Below are positions 28,764-37,166 of a DNA stretch of 38,270 bases, in pieces. The position numbers and the translations under genes are program-made. Location of the stretch: the NCBI GenBank assembly GCA_964457005.1, contig CAYWDJ010000002.1:1-38270 (forward strand), given 5' to 3'. This stretch comes from an uncultured Planctomycetia bacterium. GTDB lineage: Bacteria; Omnitrophota; Gorgyraeia; Tantalellales; Tantalellaceae. Under the pieces are notes generated by a model, which worked only from the letters and a program-made list of their open reading frames with translations, was not told the DNA's origin and searched no databases. Positions within the stretch are counted from its first letter, which is position 1; each line of letters begins with the position of its first letter.

Positions 28764-28792
28764 ATAATACCAGAATCCCCCTGCCTCATCAA
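28764..28792 (-). promoter_or_regulatory. Candidate sigma70-type promoter for the chaperone-pdxA-rsmA operon
   Basis: On the minus strand: TTGATG (28787-28792), 17-nt spacer, TATTAT (28764-28769). It lies downstream of the long hairpin that follows mfd. Confidence 0.35.
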
Positions 28793-28821
28793 GCATTAAT
28801 AGGATAAAAGTCTGGTACAAT

Positions 28822-28924
28822 AAAGGGGGGATATTTGTAAGCTTCAAGGGGACCCCTTCAAGAATTTAGCTTTCATAAAGGCTAAATTCTTGCGGGGAAG
28901 GAAGTTTGCAAATATCCCCCCTTT
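28822..28924. repeat. 103-nt rod-like palindromic element
   Basis: Perfect 16-nt arms AAAGGGGGGATATTTG (28822-28837) and CAAATATCCCCCCTTT (28909-28924). An 8-bp extension pairs 28838-28845 with 28901-28908. CCCC (28853-28856) pairs with GGGG (28894-28897). A perfect 12-bp inner stem pairs 28859-28870 with 28881-28892, closing a 10-nt loop. Confidence 0.9.
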
Positions 28925-28951
28925 CGTCAAAAGGTACATACAAAAAGCTGC

Positions 28952-30838
28952 TTATTTCAATTTTTCGATCTCGGCTTTAAGCAACCGGCAGTAAAGATCG
29001 AACCCTACCTGGTCAATAAAGCCGCTCTGTTCCGTTCCAAGTATGTTTCCCGCACCCCTCATCTCGAGGTCCCTCATGGCGATCTTGAAACCCGACCCAA
29101 GCTCCTGGTATTTTTTAATAGCCGCCATCCTTGCCTGGACATCATGAGTAAGAATGGACATGTCCCTTACCACTAAGTACGCATAGGCCTTCTTGTCAAA
29201 ACGACCTATCCTCCCCCTCAACTGGTAAAGATCTGCAAGCCCGAATCTGTCGGCATTGTTAATTATCATTGTGTTGGCATTAGGTATATCTATTCCCGAT
29301 TCTATAATAGTGGTACAAACAAGAACATCCACTTCACCCGCAATAAATTTTAGCATGGTCTTTTCCAGCATGCGTGAAGACATCTGTCCATGCCCTATCA
29401 TTATTCTGGCCCGGGGCACAAGTTTCTTTACTTCCCTGGCAACTTTTTCTATCGTCTCGACCCGGTTGTGAACATAATAAACCTGGCCGCCTCTTTTCAA
29501 CTCTTTATCGATCGCGTCTCTTATTGTTTTTTTGTCCGGCTCAATGACCTCTGTCTGAACAGGCAACCGTTCAAGTGGCGGAGTTTCGATAACCGAGATA
29601 TCTTTTCCTCCCATCAATGCAAGATAAAGCGTACGAGGGATGGGTGTGGCTGTAAGCGTCAGTATATCTACGTTAACTCGCATCCGCTTGATCTTGTCTT
29701 TATGTTTTACGCCAAACCTCTGTTCTTCATCAATGATCAAAAGCCCCAGGTCATTGAAAGACACGTCTCCGGATAAAAGCCTGTGGGTTCCTATTACGAT
29801 ATCAACTTTCCCATCGGCCAGGTCCTGCAATATTCTGTTTTGTTCTGCCTTGGTGCGAAAACGGTTAAGCATCTGTATATTTACCGGGTACCCCTCCATT
29901 CTCTTTGTAAAGGTATTGGTATGCTGCTCGGCAAGAATGGTCGTAGGAACTAAAAACGCCACCTGTTTATTATCCATAATAGCCTTGAAAGCCGCACGCA
30001 GAGCGACTTCTGTCTTACCATATCCCACGTCTCCACAAAGAAGTCTGTCCATGGGCGTGATCGCTTCCATGTCCTTTTTCGCCGCCTCTGTCGCCGTAAG
30101 CTGATCCCGGGTCTCCTTATAAGGAAATGCCTTTTCTACCCCTTCCTGCCAATCCGTGTCTTTCTTAAAACTATAACCTATGGCTCTTGCCCTTCTGGCC
30201 TGAAGAGCTAAAAGATCCCTGGCGATACGACGCGCGCCCGTAGCCGCCTTAGTCTTTGTTTGATGCCATCCTTTTGTTTTGAGACTGTTTAGTTTCGGAG
30301 CTTTCCTGTGGAAAGAAATATATCTTTGCAGTTTATTGAGGTCTTTGTGTTCAACAAAAAGCCTGTCCCCGCCTTTAAATTCAAGAACGAAATAGTCGCG
30401 ATGCTTCCCCTCTTTTTTTATCCCCTGCATCCCGATATATTTACCTATGCCGTAGTCTAGATGAACAACGTGGTCCCCGGGTTCAATATCAACAAAAGAA
30501 TTTATAGGCTGCTGCTCCGCTTCTTCTATTGATATTTTTTTTACCCTGGTCTTCCGCAATATCCCCATCGGCAGGATTATTACGCCGTTATGTTTATCTA
30601 TTGTCTTAAAGGATATGAGATCTACGCTTCTGATGGAATTTACCTTGCCATAGGCAAGATCGATCCTGACGGGATATTCGAATGTTACTGGATATATTAC
30701 AAGGGTTTCTCCGGTAAGGCTGTAATCACCTTCCGTAGAGATCTTTCGGCAGCGAATATATCCGCATTTATCCAGAACCCGGATGGTCTCATCACTATCG
30801 ACGCTATCATTGACATACAGCTTAAGGGAATCGAACAT
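28952..30838 (-). CDS. mfd: Compact transcription-repair coupling factor (RID plus translocase only)
   Basis: CarD-like RID (GDHVVHLDYGIGKYIGM), GDVGYGKTEVA (Walker A), IIDEEQRFG, QLRGRIGR, and TRG motif RDLEMRGAGNILGTEQSG. 628 aa. Confidence 0.85.
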   Translation of the reverse strand: MFDSLKLYVNDSVDSDETIRVLDKCGYIRCRKISTEGDYSLTGETLVIYPVTFEYPVRIDLAYGKVNSIRSVDLISFKTIDKHNGVIILPMGILRKTRVKKISIEEAEQQPINSFVDIEPGDHVVHLDYGIGKYIGMQGIKKEGKHRDYFVLEFKGGDRLFVEHKDLNKLQRYISFHRKAPKLNSLKTKGWHQTKTKAATGARRIARDLLALQARRARAIGYSFKKDTDWQEGVEKAFPYKETRDQLTATEAAKKDMEAITPMDRLLCGDVGYGKTEVALRAAFKAIMDNKQVAFLVPTTILAEQHTNTFTKRMEGYPVNIQMLNRFRTKAEQNRILQDLADGKVDIVIGTHRLLSGDVSFNDLGLLIIDEEQRFGVKHKDKIKRMRVNVDILTLTATPIPRTLYLALMGGKDISVIETPPLERLPVQTEVIEPDKKTIRDAIDKELKRGGQVYYVHNRVETIEKVAREVKKLVPRARIMIGHGQMSSRMLEKTMLKFIAGEVDVLVCTTIIESGIDIPNANTMIINNADRFGLADLYQLRGRIGRFDKKAYAYLVVRDMSILTHDVQARMAAIKKYQELGSGFKIAMRDLEMRGAGNILGTEQSGFIDQVGFDLYCRLLKAEIEKLK

Positions 30839-30849
30839 ATGGTAGATTC

Positions 30850-32547
30850 TTACATTTTTTCAGGAAAATCAATGTTCAAAAGGCCCAGCCCGTTAGCCAG
30901 CACCCTGCGCGCGCTTTCAACAAGATACAACCTTGCCTTGGAACGCGGCTCATCATCATCCGAAATAACCCTGCACTCCGTGTAGAAAGAATGGAACATC
31001 CGGGCAAGTTCATTCAGGTAGACAATTATCCGGTTCGGCTCAAGAGATTCAGCGGCCGCAGCTACCGCGTATGGGAACTCTGCCAGCTTCCTCATTAAAA
31101 GTTTTTCTCCCTTTGCGTCCATGAGTTTAAGATTGGTAGTATCCAGAACCAGGTCGCCCCATTTTTCTACGCTGAACCTTTTGATGCTGCAAATACGCGC
31201 ATGGGCGTATTGTATGTAAAAAACAGGATTATCGGAACTTTCCTTCTTTGCCAGATCGATATCAAAATCAAGATGGCTATCCAGACGTCGAGAAAGAAAG
31301 AAAAATCTTGTAACATCTTTACCCAGTTCATCAAGAAGCTCTCTAAGGCTTACAAATTCGCCTCTTCGGGTAGACATAGAAACCGTCTCCTCTCCTCTTA
31401 AGAGAGTTACCAGCTGTACTATGAGTATGTCCAGGCTGGAAGCGTCATGCCCAAGAGCCTGTACCGCGGCCTTCATCCTTCTAATATATCCATGATGGTC
31501 CGGGCCAAGAAGATCTATAAGCCAATCAAAACCCCTCTTGTACTTATCCCGGTGATACGCAATGTCAGGCGCAAGATACGTAAAAGAACCATCGCTCTTT
31601 ATTACGACCCGGTCCTTGTCATCGCCCAGTTTTGTTGAAGAAAACCACTTCGCGCCTTCCTCGTCATAGATATAGCCCTCTTTTTCAAGATCAGCAAGGA
31701 CACGCTGAACTTCATTTCTATCTTCAATCCCGGCCTGGGATGTCCATACATCGAACTCCACACCAAAATCTTTAAGGTCTTCCCGGATAAGACCCATCAT
31801 ATGATCAACCGCGTACTTAATAAAAAACTTGTCTGTTTCGTCGTTCTCTTCCAGGAAAGAATCGCCTTCGGCATCCCGTATCTCTTTGGCTATATCTACT
31901 ATGTATTCTCCCATGTAGCCGTCTTCGGGCATAGGATCCGCATTCCCGAACAGGTTGCGATACCTTATCTGCACAGAGACCCCGAGCATCCGGATCTGGC
32001 GGCCATAATCATTTAGATAATACTCATCGGTCACATCATAACCGTTAAACCGAAGTATCCTTGAAAGCGCATCCCCTATAGCAGCCTGTCTTCCGTGGGC
32101 GATAGTAAGCGGTCCGGTCGGATTGGCGCTCACATATTCGATATTGACCTTTTTACCCTCTCCGTTAGAATTCTTTCCGAACTCACCGGCCTGCTCCTGG
32201 ATACCTTCTATGAGATTAAGGAAAAATCCATCCGATAACCACAGGTTTATAAATCCGCCCTTAAGTTCTACATTACCAATGTACGAATCAAGCCCATCGG
32301 CTTTTATGGTTTTTTTGAACAGCTCGACAACTCCCGCACCGATATCCTGAGGAGACCGTTTTGCGGCACGAGCCAGGCGCATAGCTATATTGGACGTGAG
32401 ATCCCCGTGCTTATGATCTCGCGTAAGCTTCAGGGACACATCTATGCCGTCTGGACAAGCTGTATCAGGAATATTTTCTTTAAAGTATTTTTGACAAGCT
32501 TCTACGAGGGCTTTTGAGATTTTTTTTGAGACGTCTTTTTCAAGCAT
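30850..32547 (-). CDS. argS: Arginine-tRNA ligase
   Basis: SANPTGPLTIAHGR (HIGH-class motif), MSTRRGEF, 565 aa. Confidence 0.95.
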   Translation of the reverse strand: MLEKDVSKKISKALVEACQKYFKENIPDTACPDGIDVSLKLTRDHKHGDLTSNIAMRLARAAKRSPQDIGAGVVELFKKTIKADGLDSYIGNVELKGGFINLWLSDGFFLNLIEGIQEQAGEFGKNSNGEGKKVNIEYVSANPTGPLTIAHGRQAAIGDALSRILRFNGYDVTDEYYLNDYGRQIRMLGVSVQIRYRNLFGNADPMPEDGYMGEYIVDIAKEIRDAEGDSFLEENDETDKFFIKYAVDHMMGLIREDLKDFGVEFDVWTSQAGIEDRNEVQRVLADLEKEGYIYDEEGAKWFSSTKLGDDKDRVVIKSDGSFTYLAPDIAYHRDKYKRGFDWLIDLLGPDHHGYIRRMKAAVQALGHDASSLDILIVQLVTLLRGEETVSMSTRRGEFVSLRELLDELGKDVTRFFFLSRRLDSHLDFDIDLAKKESSDNPVFYIQYAHARICSIKRFSVEKWGDLVLDTTNLKLMDAKGEKLLMRKLAEFPYAVAAAAESLEPNRIIVYLNELARMFHSFYTECRVISDDDEPRSKARLYLVESARRVLANGLGLLNIDFPEKM

Positions 32548-32891
32548 TTTTCTTTAAAGTGTATTTGAGGGATATCCGGCCATAACCGTTCCAGCCCGTA
32601 ATAGTCCCTGATTTCTGCATAGAACACGTGCACAACAACATCCTCATAGTCAAGGAGCGTCCAATAAGGATTCCCTTTACCTTCGATACTGATCGGCTTT
32701 ATTTTTTTAGATGAAAGGCCTGTATCTATAGACTTGGCTATCGCGTTTATCCTACGAGCAGAAGAAGCGGACACAACGACAAACCAATCATACAACATGC
32801 CGTGTCCGCTCATGTCCAGAAGGACTATATTCTCACCCTTCTTTTCCGCCGCAAAATGTGCTATTAACTCTGCTTTTTCTTTTGCTTTCAC
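32502..32891 (-). CDS. rsfS: Ribosome silencing factor (iojap-like)
   Basis: GENIVLLDMSG...DWFVVVSASS...RINAIA...WTLLDYEDVVVHVF...YYGLERLW. GTG start. The K/S-rich tail overlaps the argS start by 46 nt. Confidence 0.85.
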   Translation of the reverse strand: MKAKEKAELIAHFAAEKKGENIVLLDMSGHGMLYDWFVVVSASSARRINAIAKSIDTGLSSKKIKPISIEGKGNPYWTLLDYEDVVVHVFYAEIRDYYGLERLWPDIPQIHFKEKCLKKTSQKKSQKPS

Positions 32892-32927
32892 TTATTATCA
32901 CTTTCTAACATAAGGTTATCAGACGGC

Positions 32928-33074
32928 TTATTTGTTACCCATTATTCTGTACATACCGGTGCCGCATTCAGGACATTTGCCCTTCATTGCCTTTCTACCG
33001 TTCTTCATTGTAACTTCTTCTGCATCTTTCATCTCTCTCTTAGCTTTGCATTTTACACAATATGCCTCTGCCAT
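32928..33074 (-). CDS. 48-aa zinc-ribbon protein (resembles the DUF5679-type small proteins as I recall them)
   Basis: Own translation: MAEAYCVKCKAKREMKDAEEVTMKNGRKAMKGKCPECGTGMYRIMGNK. It has CxxC...CxxC and AAGGGGG 6 nt before the ATG. It is below the size cutoff of the ORF track. The plus-strand ORF 32932..33195 is its antisense shadow. Confidence 0.6.
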   Translation of the reverse strand: MAEAYCVKCKAKREMKDAEEVTMKNGRKAMKGKCPECGTGMYRIMGNK

Positions 33075-33161
33075 GAATAACCCCCTTCTTTATATTAATA
33101 GTAGTAACTTATGCTCAAAGTGTATCATACACATACTGAAAGTGCAAGGTCTCGCAAATTA

Positions 33162-33734
33162 TTACCTGTATAGACCTTTTTTGCGGATGTATTGAACGAC
33201 CTTCTGAGGGACCATGTGATCAATGGGCCTGCGGTCTCGGATGCGCTGGCGAACAGCAGTAGAAGAGATCTCTATATTGGGCATGATCAGACGTTTTATG
33301 CGGTCTTCGTAAGCGCTATCCTCCCCCCATCCGGGGCGAGAAGCGGCAACGAATGTGCACTCTTTCAGGATATCATCTGCATTTTTCCACATTGAGAGTG
33401 TTTCTGCGGAATCGGCTCCCGTGAGAAAAAATATCTCGACATCGTTACCATCTTCGGACCTAAAATGCCTGATAGTGTCTATTGTATACGACACATCTTT
33501 CCTATCTATCTCGTATGTGGAGATCTCGAACCTGTCATCTCCCTCAAGCGCCAGACGAACCATATTGAGCCTGTCGTGAGCGGATACCTCTGTCTCCATG
33601 TGTTTGTGCGGGGGAATGAACGAAGGCACAAATATGACCTTGTCCAGGGTGAGCTGATCCCAGCACTCCTGGGCAAGAATGAGATGTCCCATATGAATTG
33701 GGTTAAATGTGCCGCCTAATAGACCAATCTTCAT
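33162..33734 (-). CDS. nadD: Nicotinate-nucleotide adenylyltransferase
   Basis: GGTFNPIHMGHL motif, 190 aa. No recognisable SD upstream. Confidence 0.9.
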   Translation of the reverse strand: MKIGLLGGTFNPIHMGHLILAQECWDQLTLDKVIFVPSFIPPHKHMETEVSAHDRLNMVRLALEGDDRFEISTYEIDRKDVSYTIDTIRHFRSEDGNDVEIFFLTGADSAETLSMWKNADDILKECTFVAASRPGWGEDSAYEDRIKRLIMPNIEISSTAVRQRIRDRRPIDHMVPQKVVQYIRKKGLYR

Positions 33735-33738
33735 AATT

Positions 33739-33820
33739 TATAGCTTTAAGCTGTAAGCTTTAAGCTATAAGTGTTCTCTGTAAAGCTATTGCTTACAGCT
33801 TATAGCCTATAGCTTATAGC
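33739..33820. repeat. Inverted arrays of heptamer NTAAGCT (element B)
   Basis: TATAGCT TTAAGCT GTAAGCT TTAAGCT ATAAGTG at 33739-33773. Reverse units GCTTAC AGCTTAT AGCCTAT AGCTTAT AGC at 33791-33820. Confidence 0.9.
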
Positions 33821-33824
33821 ATTT

Positions 33825-35084
33825 TTAAGGTCGTATTTGTCCTTCGCCGTGGACGATATATTTGTATGTGGTAAGTTCCTGTATGCCCATGGGCCCTCTG
33901 GCATGAAGCTTATCGGTACTGATGCCTATCTCGGCACCCTTACCAAATTCTCCACCGTCAGTGAACCGTGTTGACGCATTGACATACACCGCGGAAGAAT
34001 CCACTCTTTTGGTGAACTCTTTTCCGCTCTCATCATTCTCTGTCACAATAGCATCTGAGTGATTAGATCCGTATTTTGATATGTGGGATATCGCATCATC
34101 CACAGAATCGACAACTTTAATGTTGAGGACAAGATCCAGCCATTCCGTATAATAATCTTCTTCAGTCGCCAGAGATACATCGTCACCCAGTATTTCCCTG
34201 GTCCTCAAGCATCCCTTTAATTCAACCCCGGCGTCTTTAAGCCTTGCTGCTATCTTAGGCAAAAATTCTCCGGCAATATCCTTATGAACAAGCATAGCCT
34301 CCATGGAGTTACATACACCTGGCCTCTGAACCTTCGCATTAATACAAATATTTTCAGCCATGGTCATATCCGCGGGCGAATCTACATAAACGTGGCAAAC
34401 ACCCTTATAATGCTTTATGACAGGGATTCTGCTGTTCTCAACTACAGACCTGATAAGAGACTCTCCGCCCCTGGGCATAATAAGATCTATACCGTCTGAA
34501 GCTTTAAGCATGGCATCCACCAGTTTCCTCGAGGTGTCTTCAATGAGAATGAACGCCCCTTCATCGAGCCCCTTTGAGACTGCGGCCGTTTTCAAAACAT
34601 CGTATATCGCTTTGTTAGAATTTATAGAATCGCTGCCTCCTCTTAAGATAACGGCATTACCCGATTTGAGACATAAAGAAACACAGTCTGCCGTAACATT
34701 CGGCCTGGATTCATATATGATACCTATAACGCCGATGGGCACCCTTACCTTATCTATAACAAGCCCATTAGGGCGATTAACACTTTCCAGTACTTCGCCG
34801 ACAGGATCCTTGAGACCTACAACCTCCTCGAACATCTTGACCATACCATCGATCCTCTCATCGGTAAGCTCAAGCCTATCCAGAAAAGCCTTATTCTTTC
34901 CTTTTGCGACAGCCGCATCAAGATCTATCTTATTCGCTTTCTTGATATCCTCACGAGCTACATCCAAAGCACCGGCCATAGCAATAAGCGCCTCGTTCTT
35001 CCTCTCTTCCGAAAGAACATTCAGGCTCACCGCCGCTTTCCCGGCTCTTGTCGTAATATCTTTCATTATTTCTGTAGCATCCAT
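33825..35084 (-). CDS. proA: Gamma-glutamyl phosphate reductase
   Basis: VNASTRFTDGGEFG and IYESRPNVT motifs. The ORF-track start 35117 is GTG and lies inside proB. ATG at 35084 follows AAGGTGA plus 5 nt. Confidence 0.92.
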   Translation of the reverse strand: MDATEIMKDITTRAGKAAVSLNVLSEERKNEALIAMAGALDVAREDIKKANKIDLDAAVAKGKNKAFLDRLELTDERIDGMVKMFEEVVGLKDPVGEVLESVNRPNGLVIDKVRVPIGVIGIIYESRPNVTADCVSLCLKSGNAVILRGGSDSINSNKAIYDVLKTAAVSKGLDEGAFILIEDTSRKLVDAMLKASDGIDLIMPRGGESLIRSVVENSRIPVIKHYKGVCHVYVDSPADMTMAENICINAKVQRPGVCNSMEAMLVHKDIAGEFLPKIAARLKDAGVELKGCLRTREILGDDVSLATEEDYYTEWLDLVLNIKVVDSVDDAISHISKYGSNHSDAIVTENDESGKEFTKRVDSSAVYVNASTRFTDGGEFGKGAEIGISTDKLHARGPMGIQELTTYKYIVHGEGQIRP

Positions 35085-35103
35085 GACTATCACCTTTCGT
35101 CCA

Positions 35104-36210
35104 TTAATCCTCTTCACCTATCACCGCAAGATTGTCCCTGTGAACAACTTCGTCGTAATCCTTATATCCGAGACTGGCTTCAATTTTATCAGTCCTTAAT
35201 CCTTTTATTTTCTGCATCTCGTCCAGAGAGTAGTTTGTAAGGCCCCTGGCTATGATCTTGTTCTTTTTATTCACAATATTAACAACGTCTCCGGCGGCAA
35301 ACTTTCCTGTCGCGTCTAAAACGCCGCTGGGAAGAAGGCTTTTATTCTTATCAATAAGTGCCGTCTGGGCCCCTGCATCAATAACTATGTCTCCCTTGGA
35401 TTTAAGACTGAAGGCTATCCACCTTTTCCTGGCTTTAATAGAAGTTTTCTGGGCATTAAAGATCGTACCCGTTCCCTTATTGTCGACAATATCAATAATT
35501 ATGTTCTTTTTTGACCCTCTGGCAATAACACAATTTATGCCGGATTTCGTAGCGTTCTTCACGCTCTCCAGCTTTGACTCCATTCCGCCGGTACTTTCTT
35601 CGCATCCCTTGCCCTTACAAAATGCTCTTATACTGGAGTTAATAGCAGCTACTTCTTTAATTACGGAACCCTTGTCATCGTAAAGACCGTCAACATCCGT
35701 AAGAACTATGAGTAGATCTGAATTTGCCAGATCGGCCACGAGACTCGACAGTCTGTCATTATCCCCGAACTTGATCTCTTCGGTAGACACTGAATCATTC
35801 TCATTGATAATAGGTACAGCCTTATATTTAAAAAGGGTGTTCAACGTATAACGTATGTTCAGGAACCGCTTGCGATCCGAGAGGTCTTCCTGTGTGAGAA
35901 GGATCTGCCCGGTAACATACCCCTTCTTATTGAAATATTCATTATAGACATCCATAAGATGGTTCTGGCCGATACTTGCTATAGCCTGCAGCTCCGACAA
36001 GGACTTCCCTTTCTTCTCTACGTCAAGAAGGCCCAGGCCCGCTCCAATGGCTCCGGAGGAAACAAGGACAACCTCTACGCCCCTGTCCATGAGCACAGAT
36101 ATCTGGTCAGCAAGGCTCTTAACCGCTTTTTTGTCCAGCTTATTACTGTTATCAGTAAGAACCCTCGTCCCAACTTTTATCGTCACTCTCTTCAGCTTTT
36201 TCTTTGACAT
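35104..36210 (-). CDS. proB: Glutamate 5-kinase with C-terminal PUA domain
   Basis: RVTIKVGTRVLTD, VLVSSGAIGAG, 368 aa. Confidence 0.92.
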   Translation of the reverse strand: MSKKKLKRVTIKVGTRVLTDNSNKLDKKAVKSLADQISVLMDRGVEVVLVSSGAIGAGLGLLDVEKKGKSLSELQAIASIGQNHLMDVYNEYFNKKGYVTGQILLTQEDLSDRKRFLNIRYTLNTLFKYKAVPIINENDSVSTEEIKFGDNDRLSSLVADLANSDLLIVLTDVDGLYDDKGSVIKEVAAINSSIRAFCKGKGCEESTGGMESKLESVKNATKSGINCVIARGSKKNIIIDIVDNKGTGTIFNAQKTSIKARKRWIAFSLKSKGDIVIDAGAQTALIDKNKSLLPSGVLDATGKFAAGDVVNIVNKKNKIIARGLTNYSLDEMQKIKGLRTDKIEASLGYKDYDEVVHRDNLAVIGEED

Positions 36211-37165
36211 TTTTGATCTCTCTGTACATTTCTTTTACAAGCTCTTCCAGACCGCTTCCTGCAAGCGCGGAAATAGCATACACTTTTTTCTTTACCTTAT
36301 CCTTAAAATTCTCCAAGGCTTCCTCGCCCCCGGGAAAATCAATTTTATTCGCGACCACAATACGAGGCTTAGCATACACCTCTTCATTATACAACTTAAG
36401 TTCATTTTCCAGTTTAAAAAAGGTCTCAACCGGATCAGTTTCATCAAAAGGCATTATATCAACCACATGCACAAGGACCGATGTCCTTTCAATATGCCTC
36501 AGAAACCTGTCTCCCAGCCCCTTCCCTTCATGAGCACCCTCAATAAGACCAGGCATATCAGAGACGACAAAAGCATCGTCATATAATCTTACAACTCCCA
36601 GCTTCGGGCTCTTTGTAGTAAATGGGTATGCCGCTATTTTTGATTGTGATTTTGATATGCGTGAGACCAGAGTAGACTTACCGGCATTGGGAAATCCGAT
36701 TATCCCCGCATCAGCTACAAGTTTAAGATCAAGTATAAGTGTCTTTTTTTCGCCGGGGATGCCTTCCGTTCCGCCATCCACTTTTGCATTACCCTTGCCG
36801 CCCTGGCCGCCTTTAGCTGCTATTACGCTTTCGCCTATGCTGTTTAGATCCCTTATAACCAGGTCAGTTCCCGCATCTCTAATGATCGTGCCCACAGGAA
36901 CCTTAACAACAAGATTATCGCCTCTTCGGCCTACCTTGGTATTGGATCCGCCGTGCACACCTCTACCGGCTTTGTAATGTTGGTTATACCTGAAATCAAG
37001 AAGTGTTGTAAGGTTGGTATCGGTTTCGAAGATTACGCTCCCGCCATCGCCTCCATCTCCTCCGTCGCGAACCCCTCTTCGATTTAACATGTCTTTGTAA
37101 AGACTGTTACATCCGTTTCCACCCGCGCCGGCCTGGACATAGATCTTTGCATGGTCGATCAGCAT
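36152..37165 (-). CDS. obg: GTPase Obg
   Basis: Gly-rich Obg fold (AGAGGNGCNS, GGDGGDGG), GFPNAGKST G1 motif, 337 aa. Its acidic/basic tail overlaps the proB start by 59 nt. Confidence 0.93.
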   Translation of the reverse strand: MLIDHAKIYVQAGAGGNGCNSLYKDMLNRRGVRDGGDGGDGGSVIFETDTNLTTLLDFRYNQHYKAGRGVHGGSNTKVGRRGDNLVVKVPVGTIIRDAGTDLVIRDLNSIGESVIAAKGGQGGKGNAKVDGGTEGIPGEKKTLILDLKLVADAGIIGFPNAGKSTLVSRISKSQSKIAAYPFTTKSPKLGVVRLYDDAFVVSDMPGLIEGAHEGKGLGDRFLRHIERTSVLVHVVDIMPFDETDPVETFFKLENELKLYNEEVYAKPRIVVANKIDFPGGEEALENFKDKVKKKVYAISALAGSGLEELVKEMYREIKNVKEKAEESDDKSWDEGSY

Positions 37166-37166
37166 A

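Noticed and set aside
28952-30838. Considered whether the short mfd is a pseudogene fragment or an assembly artefact.
   Set aside because: The ORF is intact across all translocase motifs. It starts 11 nt after argS. It ends at a clean stop followed by a terminator-like hairpin and a promoter. No remnants of D1-D2 or D7 coding sequence flank it. It is treated as a genuine compact gene, pending read-level checks.
34417-35199. Long plus-strand ORFs: 260 aa here, and also 9774..10472, 2558..3226, 8252..8833, 11173..11754, 12039..12614 and 26532..27029.
   Set aside because: Each lies antisense to, or in an alternative frame of, a well-supported conserved minus-strand gene. Their translations are low-complexity (S/L/I/F-rich) with no recognisable motifs and no SD. 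They are typical shadow ORFs.
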